Positions 1-10,131 of a stretch of DNA of 64,000 bases are shown here, piece by piece. The notes beneath the pieces are model-generated. The model was not told the DNA's origin, made no database searches, and saw only the letters and a program-made list of their open reading frames with translations. Position 1 is the stretch's first letter. Each line of letters begins with the position of its first letter. The position numbers and the translations under genes are program-made. The stretch comes from Podarcis erhardii (taxonomy: Eukaryota). Where the stretch lies: assembly GCA_964252035.1 (NCBI GenBank), contig OZ176201.1; one strand, written 5' to 3'.

Positions 1-987
1 TGAGATCCATAGGGTCGCCTATGGCATTGCTATACACTGCAACTGAAGAGACTTCAAATGCAAAAGAAGGAATTGCTATCCTGAGCTGTTAAGGAACACA
101 ACGAACTGAGACAGAGGCAAAAAGATTGTGTTTTTTAAAAAATGTGTTGGCTTTTTGGGGGGGGGGATATGTAGAAATGATGGCTGCCTTTGAATGAAAT
201 CCCACAGGAGGGCCATAATAACATTATCCCAGAAACAGCTCATGCAGCAGTAGTCCATAGTGTTTATTTGAAAAGCCTGTGGAAGCTCCATGGTGACGGA
301 AGGGTCTGCATGTCCGTTTCCCAGGCAGCAGCCAGCCTCTTGGGTAAAGGCTTCAGCCTTCTGACATGGATGCCAAGATGCATTTTTTGAGCTTTGGAGA
401 AAAATGTGGGAAACTGTTACAACTGTAGTGATGACGCTGTGAAAATCACAGGCGAACAACTTGTCTGAAGGGGGAAAGACCGCTTCTCCTTTAGCCTTCC
501 AGTCCCCCTAGAAAAAGCTGCAACCTTGTGCGTCACAATGACAGTTGCACAATCAAGTCTTGATAGACACTGCATTGGCTGCAGAGCTGGCAGCTGATGT
601 AAGCTGTGCTTAAGCTAAGTTGGAGAGGTGGGAAAAATAACTTTCATTTCATTAAATGAAACCTAGTTACATATTTTTCTCAGTACCAGATTATTTGAGG
701 GTTTTTAAAATCATTTTGACTTGGTATTTTTACCAAAAAGTGCTGAACTTTTATTTAAATCAATTAGGTTTAGTAGGTTGCTTCTTAAGGAGGCAAGAAA
801 CTGGGTCCGGTCAAGGTCAAGTGAAATAAAGTCAATGAAGAAGAAGAAAAACCTTGGCAGTTGCGACTCCACAGCTTTTAAGTAGAAATGTTATGTCTCA
901 TCATATATATGCCAATAAAGATCAATTCTGTTTTCAGTCAGTCTCTGGCTCAGTTGTCTTCGGAGCTGGGAGTTTACAACTGTGACA

Positions 988-1003
988 TAGCGCCCCCTCC
1001 AGG
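988..1003 (-). promoter_or_regulatory. CTCF-like motif
   Basis: Minus strand reads CCTGGAGGGGGCGCTA, 2 mismatches to the recalled CTCF core CCA[CG][CT]AG[GA][GT]GGC[GA][CG]TA; motif match only. Confidence 0.35.
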
Positions 1004-1229
1004 ATCGTAGCCGGCCAAAGTTGGGGTTTCATTTGTTTTCAGAAATACCAAGCCTTCACAATCAACAGTTTATATGGTTCAGCAGAATGTTTATTCAGAC
1101 TGGAAACTGTGATGGAACCAAATTTGAAGTGACCCAGAGAAGTTCACATTTTGGTAGCCTCTGTTTTGATGAAAGCCAGATCCACTTGTTTCAGCTCAAG
1201 GCGATGATCAGCTGGCTGGTTGGAATGCA

Positions 1230-1230
<1 letters not shown>

Positions 1231-1263
<33 letters not shown>
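1231..1263. repeat. (AC)n microsatellite
   Basis: About 16 perfect AC units. Confidence 0.95.
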
Positions 1264-1264
<1 letters not shown>

Positions 1265-2035
1265 CCAGAGTTAGACTAGCAATTAACTACCAGAGATCTC
1301 CCTGCTGCCCTTGAATAATAAAGCTGTGATTTAGCGTCTTCCCAGCAATAATCAAAGATGTTGCAAACTAAATGGCAGAGCATGGCTTTATGGCACCTGT
1401 TGAGAAGGTAGTGGCCTCGTTCTGCCACCATGATTTCTCAGTCCACTTGTCCTTTGCCTTTTGTTTTCCCCTTGCTCACTAGCGCCTGTGATGATATCCT
1501 GGTTTCTTAAACCACAGTTTCTGGTCATGTTTTGAACTGGGAAACTATGGTTTAAAGGGCTCCCTTCAAACCTGAATATGAAACTTGGTCAAAGAACAAT
1601 CATAACTTCTAAATTGGCCGTTGTCATGCTCTCTCTTTACAGCAGGATGAAATTTTCAGTGCATAAGTGGCAACATATTTTTTTTACTTCCCTGCTCCCC
1701 AAATCTGTGTTTGAACACTTGGAGGATGGCCATGCCCCCCCCCCCCCAGCACCAGTGAAGGTCGCTCAAAAATTTGCCATCCTTCCTAGTGTTGTAACAG
1801 TCTGTCATGCTTGTGTGTGTATTTCTAAAACAGAATGATACCTACAAACTCTAAAATATGACGGTGGGTTGTGTTCCTTTTTATATTCTGGGACCTTTAA
1901 TGTGGGAGTCATTAGCCATCATAGACCATGCAGCATCACTTAGTGATGGTGTAGAAGATAAGAATTGAATATAATATTTTTGCTGCAGAATAATCTCTGC
2001 CCCTAGAAACAGAGAATAATATTAGCTGTACATAG

Positions 2036-2388
2036 AGAAGCTTTTGGTGCTGGAGGAGACTCTTGAGAGGCCCATGGACTGCAAGAAGATCAAAGGAAAT
2101 CAGCCCTGAGTGCTCACTGGAAGGACAAATCCTGAAGCTGAGACTCCAATACTTTGGCCACCTCATGAGAAGAGAAGACTCCCTGGAAAAGACCCTGATG
2201 TTGGGAAAGATTGAGGGCACAAGGAGAAGGGGACGACAGGGGACGAGATGGTTGGACGGTGTTCTCGAAGCTACAAACATGAGTCTGACCAAACTGGGGG
2301 AGGCAGTGGAAGACAGGTGTGCCTGGCGTGCTCTGGTCCATGGGGTCACGAAGAGTCCAACACGACTAAACGACTAAACAACAACAAG
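2036..2388 (+). mobile_element. BovB (RTE-clade LINE) 5'-truncated 3' fragment
   Basis: ORF 2063-2377 encodes ...LRLQYFGHLMRREDSLEKTLMLGKIEG...HGVTKSPTRLND; ends cacgactaaacgactaaacaacaacaa; near-identical to the 22-kb copy. Confidence 0.9.
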
Positions 2389-2399
2389 AGAAGATTTAA

Positions 2400-2510
2400 T
2401 GTTTAACAGACCACTGTATTTTAATATTTTGTTGGAAGCCGCCCAGAGTGGCTGGGGAAACCCAGCCAGATGGGTGGGGTATAAATAATAAATTATGATT
2501 ATGATTATAT
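2400..2510 (+). mobile_element. L2-type LINE 3' tail
   Basis: ggaagccgcccagagtggctggggaaacccagccagatggg...aataataaattat matches the 3' tail of the L2 fragment at 28915-29222. Confidence 0.65.
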
Positions 2511-3121
2511 AGAGAGGTGTCAAATGTTGGGCCAGTGGTGCTTTTGTACATATTTTTTTGCACATACAGTGCTTTAGGACTGAGAATTTACATTCTAATT
2601 AGTTTCTCTGATCATGTGTAACAGGTATAATGAGACAAATGTACAAGTGTCATGCTTGCTTAAGCTTTGTATCATTTTTGCTTTTGCTTTCAGGTGTGTA
2701 AATGCATCAGTAAATTCATCCACTATGTGTGTCCACAGTCAGGTGTGCGGACATTGTATCCATGTTCAAATTGAGCTGTCGAGTAGACCAGGACAATAAT
2801 TAATACGAAGTGTTGAATACCAATTATGTGGGGTTCAGAAAGAAGTCCAAAGCAGGAGAGCTTCTGCATTTTATATTAGTTTGCTTCTATTCTGCCTTGG
2901 CAAGTTTGGTAAAGGAAAGAGTCAATTTTTGCTTGCTTAGGAGTAATTTGGCTAGTTATAATCAACAACGGCATTGCTGATGCAGCAAAAGATTGCCTGG
3001 AGCTTGCATTAATTGGTGTATGGAACATAAATTATCATGGCAAGCACAAAACCATTGTTAAATTTTAAAAAATACCTCCAGCATGCTTCATCCTTGTGCT
3101 TTTATGCTCTTCAAAAATATA

Positions 3122-3383
3122 CCGTATTTTTCGCTCTATAAGACGCACCAGACCACAAGATGCACCTAGTTTTTGGAGGAGGAAAACAGGGGGGGGGAGA
3201 GATTCTGAATCTCAGAAGCCAGAACAGCAAGAGGGATCGCTGCACAGTGAAAGCAGCAATCCCTCTTGCTGTTCTGGCTTCTGGGATAGCTGCGCAGCCT
3301 GCATTCGCTCTATAAGATGCACACACATTTCCCCTTACTTTTTAGGAGGGGAAAAAGTGAGTCTTATAGAGCAATAAATACGG
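3122..3383. mobile_element. Tc1/mariner-pogo (Tc2-like) MITE
   Basis: TIRs ccgtatttttcgctctataagac / gtcttatagagcaataaatacgg flanked by TA; no ORF. Confidence 0.8.
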
Positions 3384-3499
3384 TATCCGCTTTCTTCCAT
3401 GTGTCTGGCTAATGTGTTTTGAACACATTATTTTGTGTGTATGAGATACCAACCTGGCTAAGATATTTGATCTTTTTATTTAAACAGCAAATTTACACC

Positions 3500-3690
3500 A
3501 CTCTATGGCGCAACTGCATCAGCGCAACTGGATGTCTTCATCTGCCCCAATTGCAATTAAACATGTCTCTCCAGTATCAGTCTCTATAACCAAAGCAGGC
3601 ACTGTAACTCTCCAATGGTTTGACTTTACCCCCCCAATGGAGCACTCTTCCATTGGCTCTTGAGACACACTAGTGCCAACAACAAGAAGT
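3500..3690 (+). mobile_element. Decayed RTE-like LINE 3' end
   Basis: Translates to VFICPNCN*TCLSSISLYNQSRHC, resembling the C-terminal Cys/His knuckle of RTE-type ORFs; ends in (caa)n-like tail. Confidence 0.55.
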
Positions 3691-4164
3691 GTGGCAAAAA
3701 ACAGTTTCTGGGTCAGATACCATTGCACTGAATACAGAGCGACTCCTGTCTCACTCTTGAACCCTTGTGAGTTAGAGTAAGCATTGCAGTTGTTTGGAGT
3801 TTGTGCCACTGGCTCTGGTAGCCCAAAACATTTCTTTCCCTGCTGCTCCAAGCTACTAGTTAGTAGCAACAGCAACAAAGTGCTGTTGTTCATGTGTGTG
3901 ATGAAAGCATAATGGCCTTTAGCATGGATGTCCTGTGTGGCCTGGCTTGCATGTAAAGGTAGCCCATGGTTTAGATTGCATTTTAACCCATAGTGGTATT
4001 TTCGTCACTGTCTCTATGCAGTATTGCATAGGTTACAAGTAGATAGGAATAGGAATGCACTCCTAAGTTCCATGAGACTTACCTGGGAGTAAAGTGTATT
4101 ACAATTACTGTATTTCAATTGCAATTGGAGTAGGTGGTTTGTGCACTTGAGGCCAACCACATTT

Positions 4165-4246
4165 TGTTGTCGTTTAGTCGTGTCCGACTCTTCGTGACCC
4201 CAGGACCAGAGCACACCAGGCACTCCTGTCTTCCACTGCCTCCTGC
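4165..4246 (-). mobile_element. BovB 3' terminal fragment
   Basis: gttgtcgtttagtcgtgtccgactcttcgtgacccc... is the reverse complement of the BovB 3' end. Confidence 0.8.
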
Positions 4247-4769
4247 ACTTACAAGCCTCAAATAATGGGATGGAGGGAGGGGGATTCTGTTCAAATAGGT
4301 CCAGCATTGAGACACGTAAAATGAAATCAAGCATCATGGCCTCCAATGAAATATTAAGTCTGCATCTGAATTTAGAGGGGTGTGTGTGTTCAAATAGTGA
4401 AACTACTTTGGGCTGGTTAGGTGCAGGGGCGGTGTCGCGCCCCAGGTCTGACCTATAATTTTGTTTTTCTCCTTTTTCTAATTTGTTGTGGCACAGCAAT
4501 TACACTTGCATTAACTGAAAACCAAAATGAAGTGGCCTGGACTTGTTTAGCCTCAGGGTTAAGGCTGCATTTTTTACTTGAAAGCAGTGGCTGTATGGTA
4601 TCCTGTATGCAGCGTATCGGATTATGCTGCATGACTTCTGCTTACAGTGAGAAACTTCAGTGCCCTTCAAATTATTTCTTCACCCCTATAGTGAAGAGAA
4701 GTACTGTACTTGATTATGGCAACAGTTTCCCCCTGTTTCTAAGTCATCCCATCTAGTAATAGAGCTGTA

Positions 4770-5127
4770 AAGGTAAAGGATCCCTGACAGTTAAGTCCAG
4801 TCGTGAACGACTCTAGGGTTGCGGCGCTTATCTCGCTTTGCTGGCCGAGGGAGCCAACGTTTGTCCGCACAGTTTTTCCGGGTCATGTGGCCAGCATGAC
4901 TAAGCCACTTCTGGCAAACCAGAGCAGCACATGGAAACGCCGTTTACCTTCCCACCGGAGTGGTACCTATTTATCTACTTGCACTTTGACGTGCTTTTGA
5001 ACTGCTAGGTTGGCAGGAGCAGGGACCGAGCAACGGGAGCTCACCCCGTCGCAGGGATTCAAACCGCCGACCTTCCGATCGGCAAGCCGTAGGCTCGTGG
5101 TTTAGACCACAGCACCACCCGCATCCC
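4770..5127 (-). mobile_element. Sauria SINE
   Basis: Reverse complement of the element at 59181-59543; (ACCTTT)-type tail; imperfect TSD aatagagct/aatagggct. Confidence 0.85.
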
Positions 5128-5141
5128 AATAGGGCTATAGT

Positions 5142-5279
5142 CAGTGCTATTTTTCTAGGGAAAGAGTTGCCAAAACTCACCATGAACACCTCCCTTGCGC
5201 TCTTCTAATGGCACTGGCACCTACCTGGAGAGGTGCCAGAACTGAGTTCCAGTGAGTTCCAGCTGAAAAAAAAGCCCTG
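5142..5279. mobile_element. hAT-type MITE (CAGTGCT/CAGGGCT ends)
   Basis: Same element as 26181-26310 and 47851-47982; the last has a perfect 8-bp TSD. Confidence 0.7.
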
Positions 5280-5744
5280 GCTCTTTCACCATCGAGAATG
5301 TCAATGCAAAGTTGACACATGTGTCTCATTATAGAATCGTAGAGTTGGAAGGAAAATGCTCCCGTTTATAAAATATGGAAATCTAACAGAAGGGGATGGT
5401 ATCCTGATGTTCTAGAATTCCTGTTCCCCTAGAACAGACATGTCCAAAGTCCTCTTCGGGGGCCTAATTTGGCCCTCTGTTCGGTTTAATCTGGCCCCTG
5501 TGGCAGTTTATTCCCTGGGGTAAAATCCTAAGAAAACGTTAACAACTTTAATAATAAAAGAAGCTCAACAACTCCAACCCTAAGAAAAGCTCAACAACTT
5601 TAATCCTAAAAAGGTCAATAACTTTGGTCAGCTCCCACTGCCCTTCACTTCATCAAATCTGGCCTTTGAAAAAAGTTAGGACACCACTGCCTTAGAAGAT
5701 CAAGCAAGGTGCTTGTATGCAGGTTTTTCCAAAAGGCATCTGAG

Positions 5745-5875
5745 TCATAGTTGGAAGGGGCAGTGAGGGTCATTTAGTGCAACCCCCTTCAATGCAGGAT
5801 CTCAGCTAGATCACACATAGCAGATGACCATCCAACCTCTGCTTTCAAAACCTGTAAGTAAGGAGAGTCCACTGC
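5745..5875 (-). mobile_element. CR1 3' fragment
   Basis: catagttggaagggg...ccatccaacctctgctttcaaaacc...aaggagagtccac resembles the CR1 3' end at 13546-13700. Confidence 0.55.
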
Positions 5876-5895
5876 CTTTGTTGGGAATCTTTTGG

Positions 5896-6510
5896 GTTTT
5901 TTTTTAATAAAATATTTATTAAGGTTTTACAAAAAGACACATACATACATACAACAAAGAAAAAGAAAACAAACAGCCAAAAATGCAGAAAAAATACACA
6001 AAACAATACACAAAAAATCATCAAAAAAGATAATAAAAAACATAAAAAAGAAAGAATCCAATTTTTAGCTTTATACTTATTTAACCCTGTTTCTTGACTT
6101 CCTCACACCTCCCTTTTTTGTGTTCCCATTTGCCCAATCAAATTCAGCAAATCCTTACCCTCTTTCAAATCTCATTATTAATTATATAATTCAACCTATT
6201 ATGTCTCCGATCTTTCTTCTCTTTTTAATTCGTTCTTACCTATTCCTTATATCTTAATCTCTTATACCATATTGTTTAAATTTGACATAATATAACTCTA
6301 GTCTTTCACCCTTTTTTAATTCATTTTTGCATACTCTTTCTAACTTTGTCACTAATGCCATATTATTTTTATATCCAACATCATTTTAACATTCATAAAT
6401 TTTGCAGTGTTTCTACAAGTAGTCTTTGAACTTCTTCCAATCCTCTTCCACCGACTCTTCTCCCAGGTCTCGGATTCTGCCAGTCATTTCCGCCATCTCC
6501 ATATAGTCTA
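5896..6510 (-). mobile_element. L1-like LINE, 5'-truncated
   Basis: Poly-T at left end, AT-rich 3' UTR, ORF2 C-terminal remnant shared with the 11.9-kb copy; 20-bp TSD ctttgttgggaatcttttgg at 5876-5895 and 6511-6530. Confidence 0.8.
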
Positions 6511-6530
6511 CTTTGTTGGGAATCTTTTGG

Positions 6531-7349
6531 TCATGGGTAGGCAAACTAAGCCTTGGGGGCCGGATCCGGCCCAGTCACCTTCTAAACATAGCTGTCAACG
6601 TTTCCCTTTATTAAAGGGAAATTCCCTTATTCCGAATAGGATTCCTCGCAAGAAAAGGGAAAAATTGACAGCTATGCTTCTCAATCCGGCCGGCAGACGG
6701 TCTGAGAATCAGCGTGTTTTTACATGAGTAGAATGTGTCCTTTCATTTAAAATGCATCTCTGGGTTATTTGGAGGGCCTGCCTGGTGTTTTTACATGAGT
6801 AGAATGTGTGTTTGTATCATAGCTGTCAACCTTCCCTTTTTTGGTGGGAAATTCCCTTATTCCGGCGCCATTTCCCGCTGCTATCCCGGATTGTTAGATA
6901 TCTCGTAGAGTGTCCCCGGGACAGGTGAGGCTGCTGATCCCTTATTTTCAAATCTGAAAGTTGACAGCTATGGCTTGCACAGTGGTACCTCGGGTTACAT
7001 GCACTTCAGGTTACAGACTCTGCTAACCCAGAAATATTACCTCGGGTTAAGAACTTTGCTTCAGGATGAGAACAGAAATCGTGCTCCGGCGACACAGCGG
7101 CTGCAGGAGGCCCCATTAGCTAAAGTGGTGCTTCAGCTTAAGAACAGTTTCAGGTTAAGTACAGACCTGCGGAATGAATTAAGTACTTAGCTCGAGGTAC
7201 CACTGTACTGTATTTAAAATGCATCTCTGGGTTATTTATGGGGCATAGGAATTCGTTCATTTCTTTTGTTTCCAAAATATAGTCCGGCCCTCCATAAGGT
7301 CTGAGAGACAGTGGACCGGCCCCCTGCTGGAAAAGTCTGCTGACCCCTG
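6531..7349. mobile_element. hAT MITE carrying three nested elements
   Basis: Host matches the intact copy at 60007-60256; inserts at 6587-6676 and 6818-6972 (TIR catagctgtcaac; first has TSD cttctaaa/cttctcaa) and a Tigger-like MITE at 6980-7205. Confidence 0.8.
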
Positions 7350-7437
7350 CTTTTGGTCATCTCTTCCTCTGACAGACAATTCTCCCTCTTAAGTAAGGTT
7401 TAGGAGGCTGCGAGAACCATGACGAGCTAAGCTTGTC

Positions 7438-7724
7438 TTTTTTTTTTTAATAAATATTTATTAAAGTTTTTAAATATAAATGCACAAATAATAAACAATC
7501 TTACTTCTGTCACAAACATAGTTTCATCACTTCTTTGGACTCCCTCGCGTCTCCCGCTCCCATTTACATCATTAAAAGTTTTTTCCAAACAAATTATCAA
7601 CTTATTTACAATCTCATATCCACTCATTCAAATATAATCTAGCAATTCTTCCCCAAAAAATTTATATTTTCTTTAATCTCACTTATCATCAAATTTAAAT
7701 CTGATTTAGTGGTGGCCAATTTTT
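7438..7724 (-). mobile_element. L1-like LINE 3' fragment next to the promoter
   Basis: Poly-T plus aataaatatttattaaag start shared with the other L1 copies; 15-bp TSD cgagctaagcttgtc at 7423-7437 and 7725-7739. Confidence 0.7.
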
Positions 7725-8042
7725 CGAGCTAAGCTTGTCATCTACCCTCAGCGGCCGCTAGGTGGAGCGCCTGGAACAGCAAGCCCGCTTTCCCTGCGCT
7801 GTCATGCGCATCCCGCTTCAGCCACCCCTTCGGGACTCCATTTCCCGGCGTGCCAAGCGCTACCTTGGAGAGTGTTCCTTTCTCTCCGCTCCCCCCGCCT
7901 CCTGAGGAAAAGACTGCGCGCGCACGTGCCAGGGGGTTGCCTCTCCGGAAACGCCTACATTTCCCATCCTGCCCCGCGGCCGCCCCACGCGTTTGTGAGG
8001 GAGAGAGAGAGAGGGGAAAAAAAAAACCCGCGCCGAGGAGGC

Positions 8043-8068
8043 GCGTCACGTGGCTCGCGCTATATAAA
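8043..8068 (+). promoter_or_regulatory. CSRNP2: Half-CRE/E-box composite and TATA box
   Basis: gcgtcacgtggctcgcgctatataaa. Confidence 0.7.
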
Positions 8069-8089
8069 GGGAGGCGCTGCGCCGGCAGC

Positions 8090-8355
8090 CCTATTGTTAT
8101 CGCCGAGCCGGAGCCGAGGAGGCCGGTGGTCCTCGCGCCCGGGGCTGTCGCCTGCCAGAGCCGCCGCCGCCCCCCCCACCGCCGCCGCCGCCCCCACCGG
8201 CTTCCCTCTCCCTCCCCTCCCGAAGCACGGCGCCGCTGCTTGACTCCCGTCCCCCCCGGACCCTGGGGGAGCTTCGCCCTGCAGCCCCGGCCTGTGCGGA
8301 GGGAGGGGAGGAGGGACCGGCGGGAGGGAGGAGGAGGAGGAGGAGCCCCCACCCG
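8090..8355 (+). other. CSRNP2: CSRNP2 non-coding exon 1 (TSS approximate)
   Basis: Starts about 25-30 nt after TATA, contains no ATG, ends at strong donor CCG|GTGAGT; next exon acceptor ttcccag| at 35482. Confidence 0.7.
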
Positions 8356-8468
8356 GTGAGTGAGGGAGGGGCCGGGGGGGCACGGGGGGGGGCAGAGAAA
8401 GGAGGCTGAAGGGACCAGAGGGATGTCCGAAGCCTCTTCATCCTCCCTTCATATATATATAGATATAG

Positions 8469-8999
8469 AGCATCCCAGACCATAATGATCTCTATGCTGT
8501 ATGTAGATACCTGCATATCTATATATCTCTATCTATCTATATATCTGGTTTGAAGGCAGTAGATTTCACTCATTTCTTGAGGGGAGCTCCCTCAGCCTTA
8601 TGCTCCCTACTTAGATTATTTCTGCAGTTCCTTAATTATAATTATAGCATCCCAGGACCATAATTATTCTGTATATCTATATCTATCTATCTATCTATCT
8701 ATCTATATCTGGTTTGAAGGCAGTAGATTTCACTCATTTCTTGAGGGGAGCTCCCTCAGCCTTATGCTCCCTACTTAGATTATTTCTGCAGTTCCTTAAT
8801 TATAATTATAGCATCCCAGGACCATAATTATTCTGTATATCTATATCTATCTATCTATCTATATCTGGTTTGAAGGCAGTAGATTTCACTCATTTCTTGA
8901 GGGGAGCTCCCTCAGCCTTATGCTCCCTACTTAGATTATTTCTGCAGTTCCTTAATTATAATTATAGCATCCCAGGACCATAATTATTCTGTATATCTA

Positions 9000-9034
<35 letters not shown>

Positions 9035-9270
9035 ATCTGGTTTGAAGGCAGTAGATTTCACTCATTTCTTGAGGGGAGCTCCCTCAGCCTTATGCTCCCT
9101 ACTTAGATTATTTCTGCAGTTCCTTAATTATAATTATAGCATCCCAGGACCACAATTATACTTTATGTAGATATCTATATCTGGTTTGAAAGCAATGGAT
9201 TTTACTCACTTCTTCAGGGGAGGGGAGGCCCCTCAGCCTTATTCTCCCTACTTAGATTATTTTGTAGTTG
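8469..9270. repeat. Tandem repeat, ~144-172-bp unit with embedded (ATCT)n
   Basis: Unit anchor ctggtttgaa at 8545, 8709, 8865, 9037 and 9181; four near-identical cores plus diverged flanking copies. Confidence 0.95.
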
Positions 9271-9995
9271 CTTGAGATTTCAGAAAGGGGGGGGTGAGAA
9301 CCCCTTTATATCATCCCCCCTTCCTTATCATCTCCTTCCCCATCCCTTTTCAGTCCCTCCCTGAGGCTAAAGGCTACTTCATGAAGAAGTGATTATTGTC
9401 TTTTAACTCTTTTTTTTACATTGCAGGGCTGGGGGGTGGACTTCCACTTTTGGGGGGATGCAGGGCTTACCTACCCAGCTGGGTTGAACTTGGCCCTGCT
9501 CCTGAACCTTGCATGCTCTCCCCCCCCCCCAATGATGCAGCAGGTTGCTCCTTTCCCTCTATCTTGCCCCTCCCTCCCCGCCATAATCACATCTTAAAAG
9601 ATGCCTCTTAATGCATGTGAGACAAAGAGAGAGAGCTGTTGTGTCTATTATCCTGAGCTGCATTAATATTATCTTTGAAATTGCTAAAGAATTCAACTTA
9701 TTTCAAGTTTACCTCAATAGCCCCCCCTCTCCTCCTCCCACACAGGTGTCTTACCTCTAGTTGCTGCTTTGGTAGATGTTCATCTATCTCAAGAAGAACT
9801 CGGCAACTATCTCTTGGTACAGCAGCAATGCTAATGCACACCCAAGCTGGGCTGATTGAAAAGGGCAGGTTCTTCTGAAAAGAAGTATTTTGTTCTTCCT
9901 TATGGCATTGAGACCTTTTGTGGTGTAGAGTAAGGACTTAATCTAAGGTACTGTACCATTGGTTTGAGGTGGGGCTTGCGGATATGTGACTAGAG

Positions 9996-10131
9996 CAGTG
10001 TTTCCCAACCTTGGGCCTCCAGCTGTTTTTGAACTACAACTCCCATCATCCCTGACTAGCAAGACCAGTGGCAAGGGATGATGGGAATTGTAGTCCAAAA
10101 ACAGCTGGAGGCCCAAGGTTGGGAAACACTG
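9996..10131. mobile_element. Palindromic hAT MITE
   Basis: Near-perfect 136-bp inverted repeat; perfect 8-bp TSD gactagag. Confidence 0.9.

Larger units (their letters stand above)
7745..8400 (+). promoter_or_regulatory. CSRNP2: CpG island / CSRNP2 promoter
   Basis: Very GC- and CpG-rich; E-boxes CACGTG at 7923 and 8047, TATATAAA at 8061-8068, donor GTGAGT at 8356. Confidence 0.85.

Noticed and set aside
2675-2775. Strong acceptor-like tttttgcttttgctttcag as a TFCP2 or novel exon
   Set aside because: Downstream translation resembles nothing I recognise and no partner donor or exon is evident.
7738-8516. Several 100-200-aa ORFs on both strands
   Set aside because: Low-complexity Pro/Arg/Gly products expected from a stop-poor CpG island.
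8469-9270. CRISPR-like array
   Set aside because: Whole units are duplicated with no unique spacers, no cas genes, and the context is eukaryotic.
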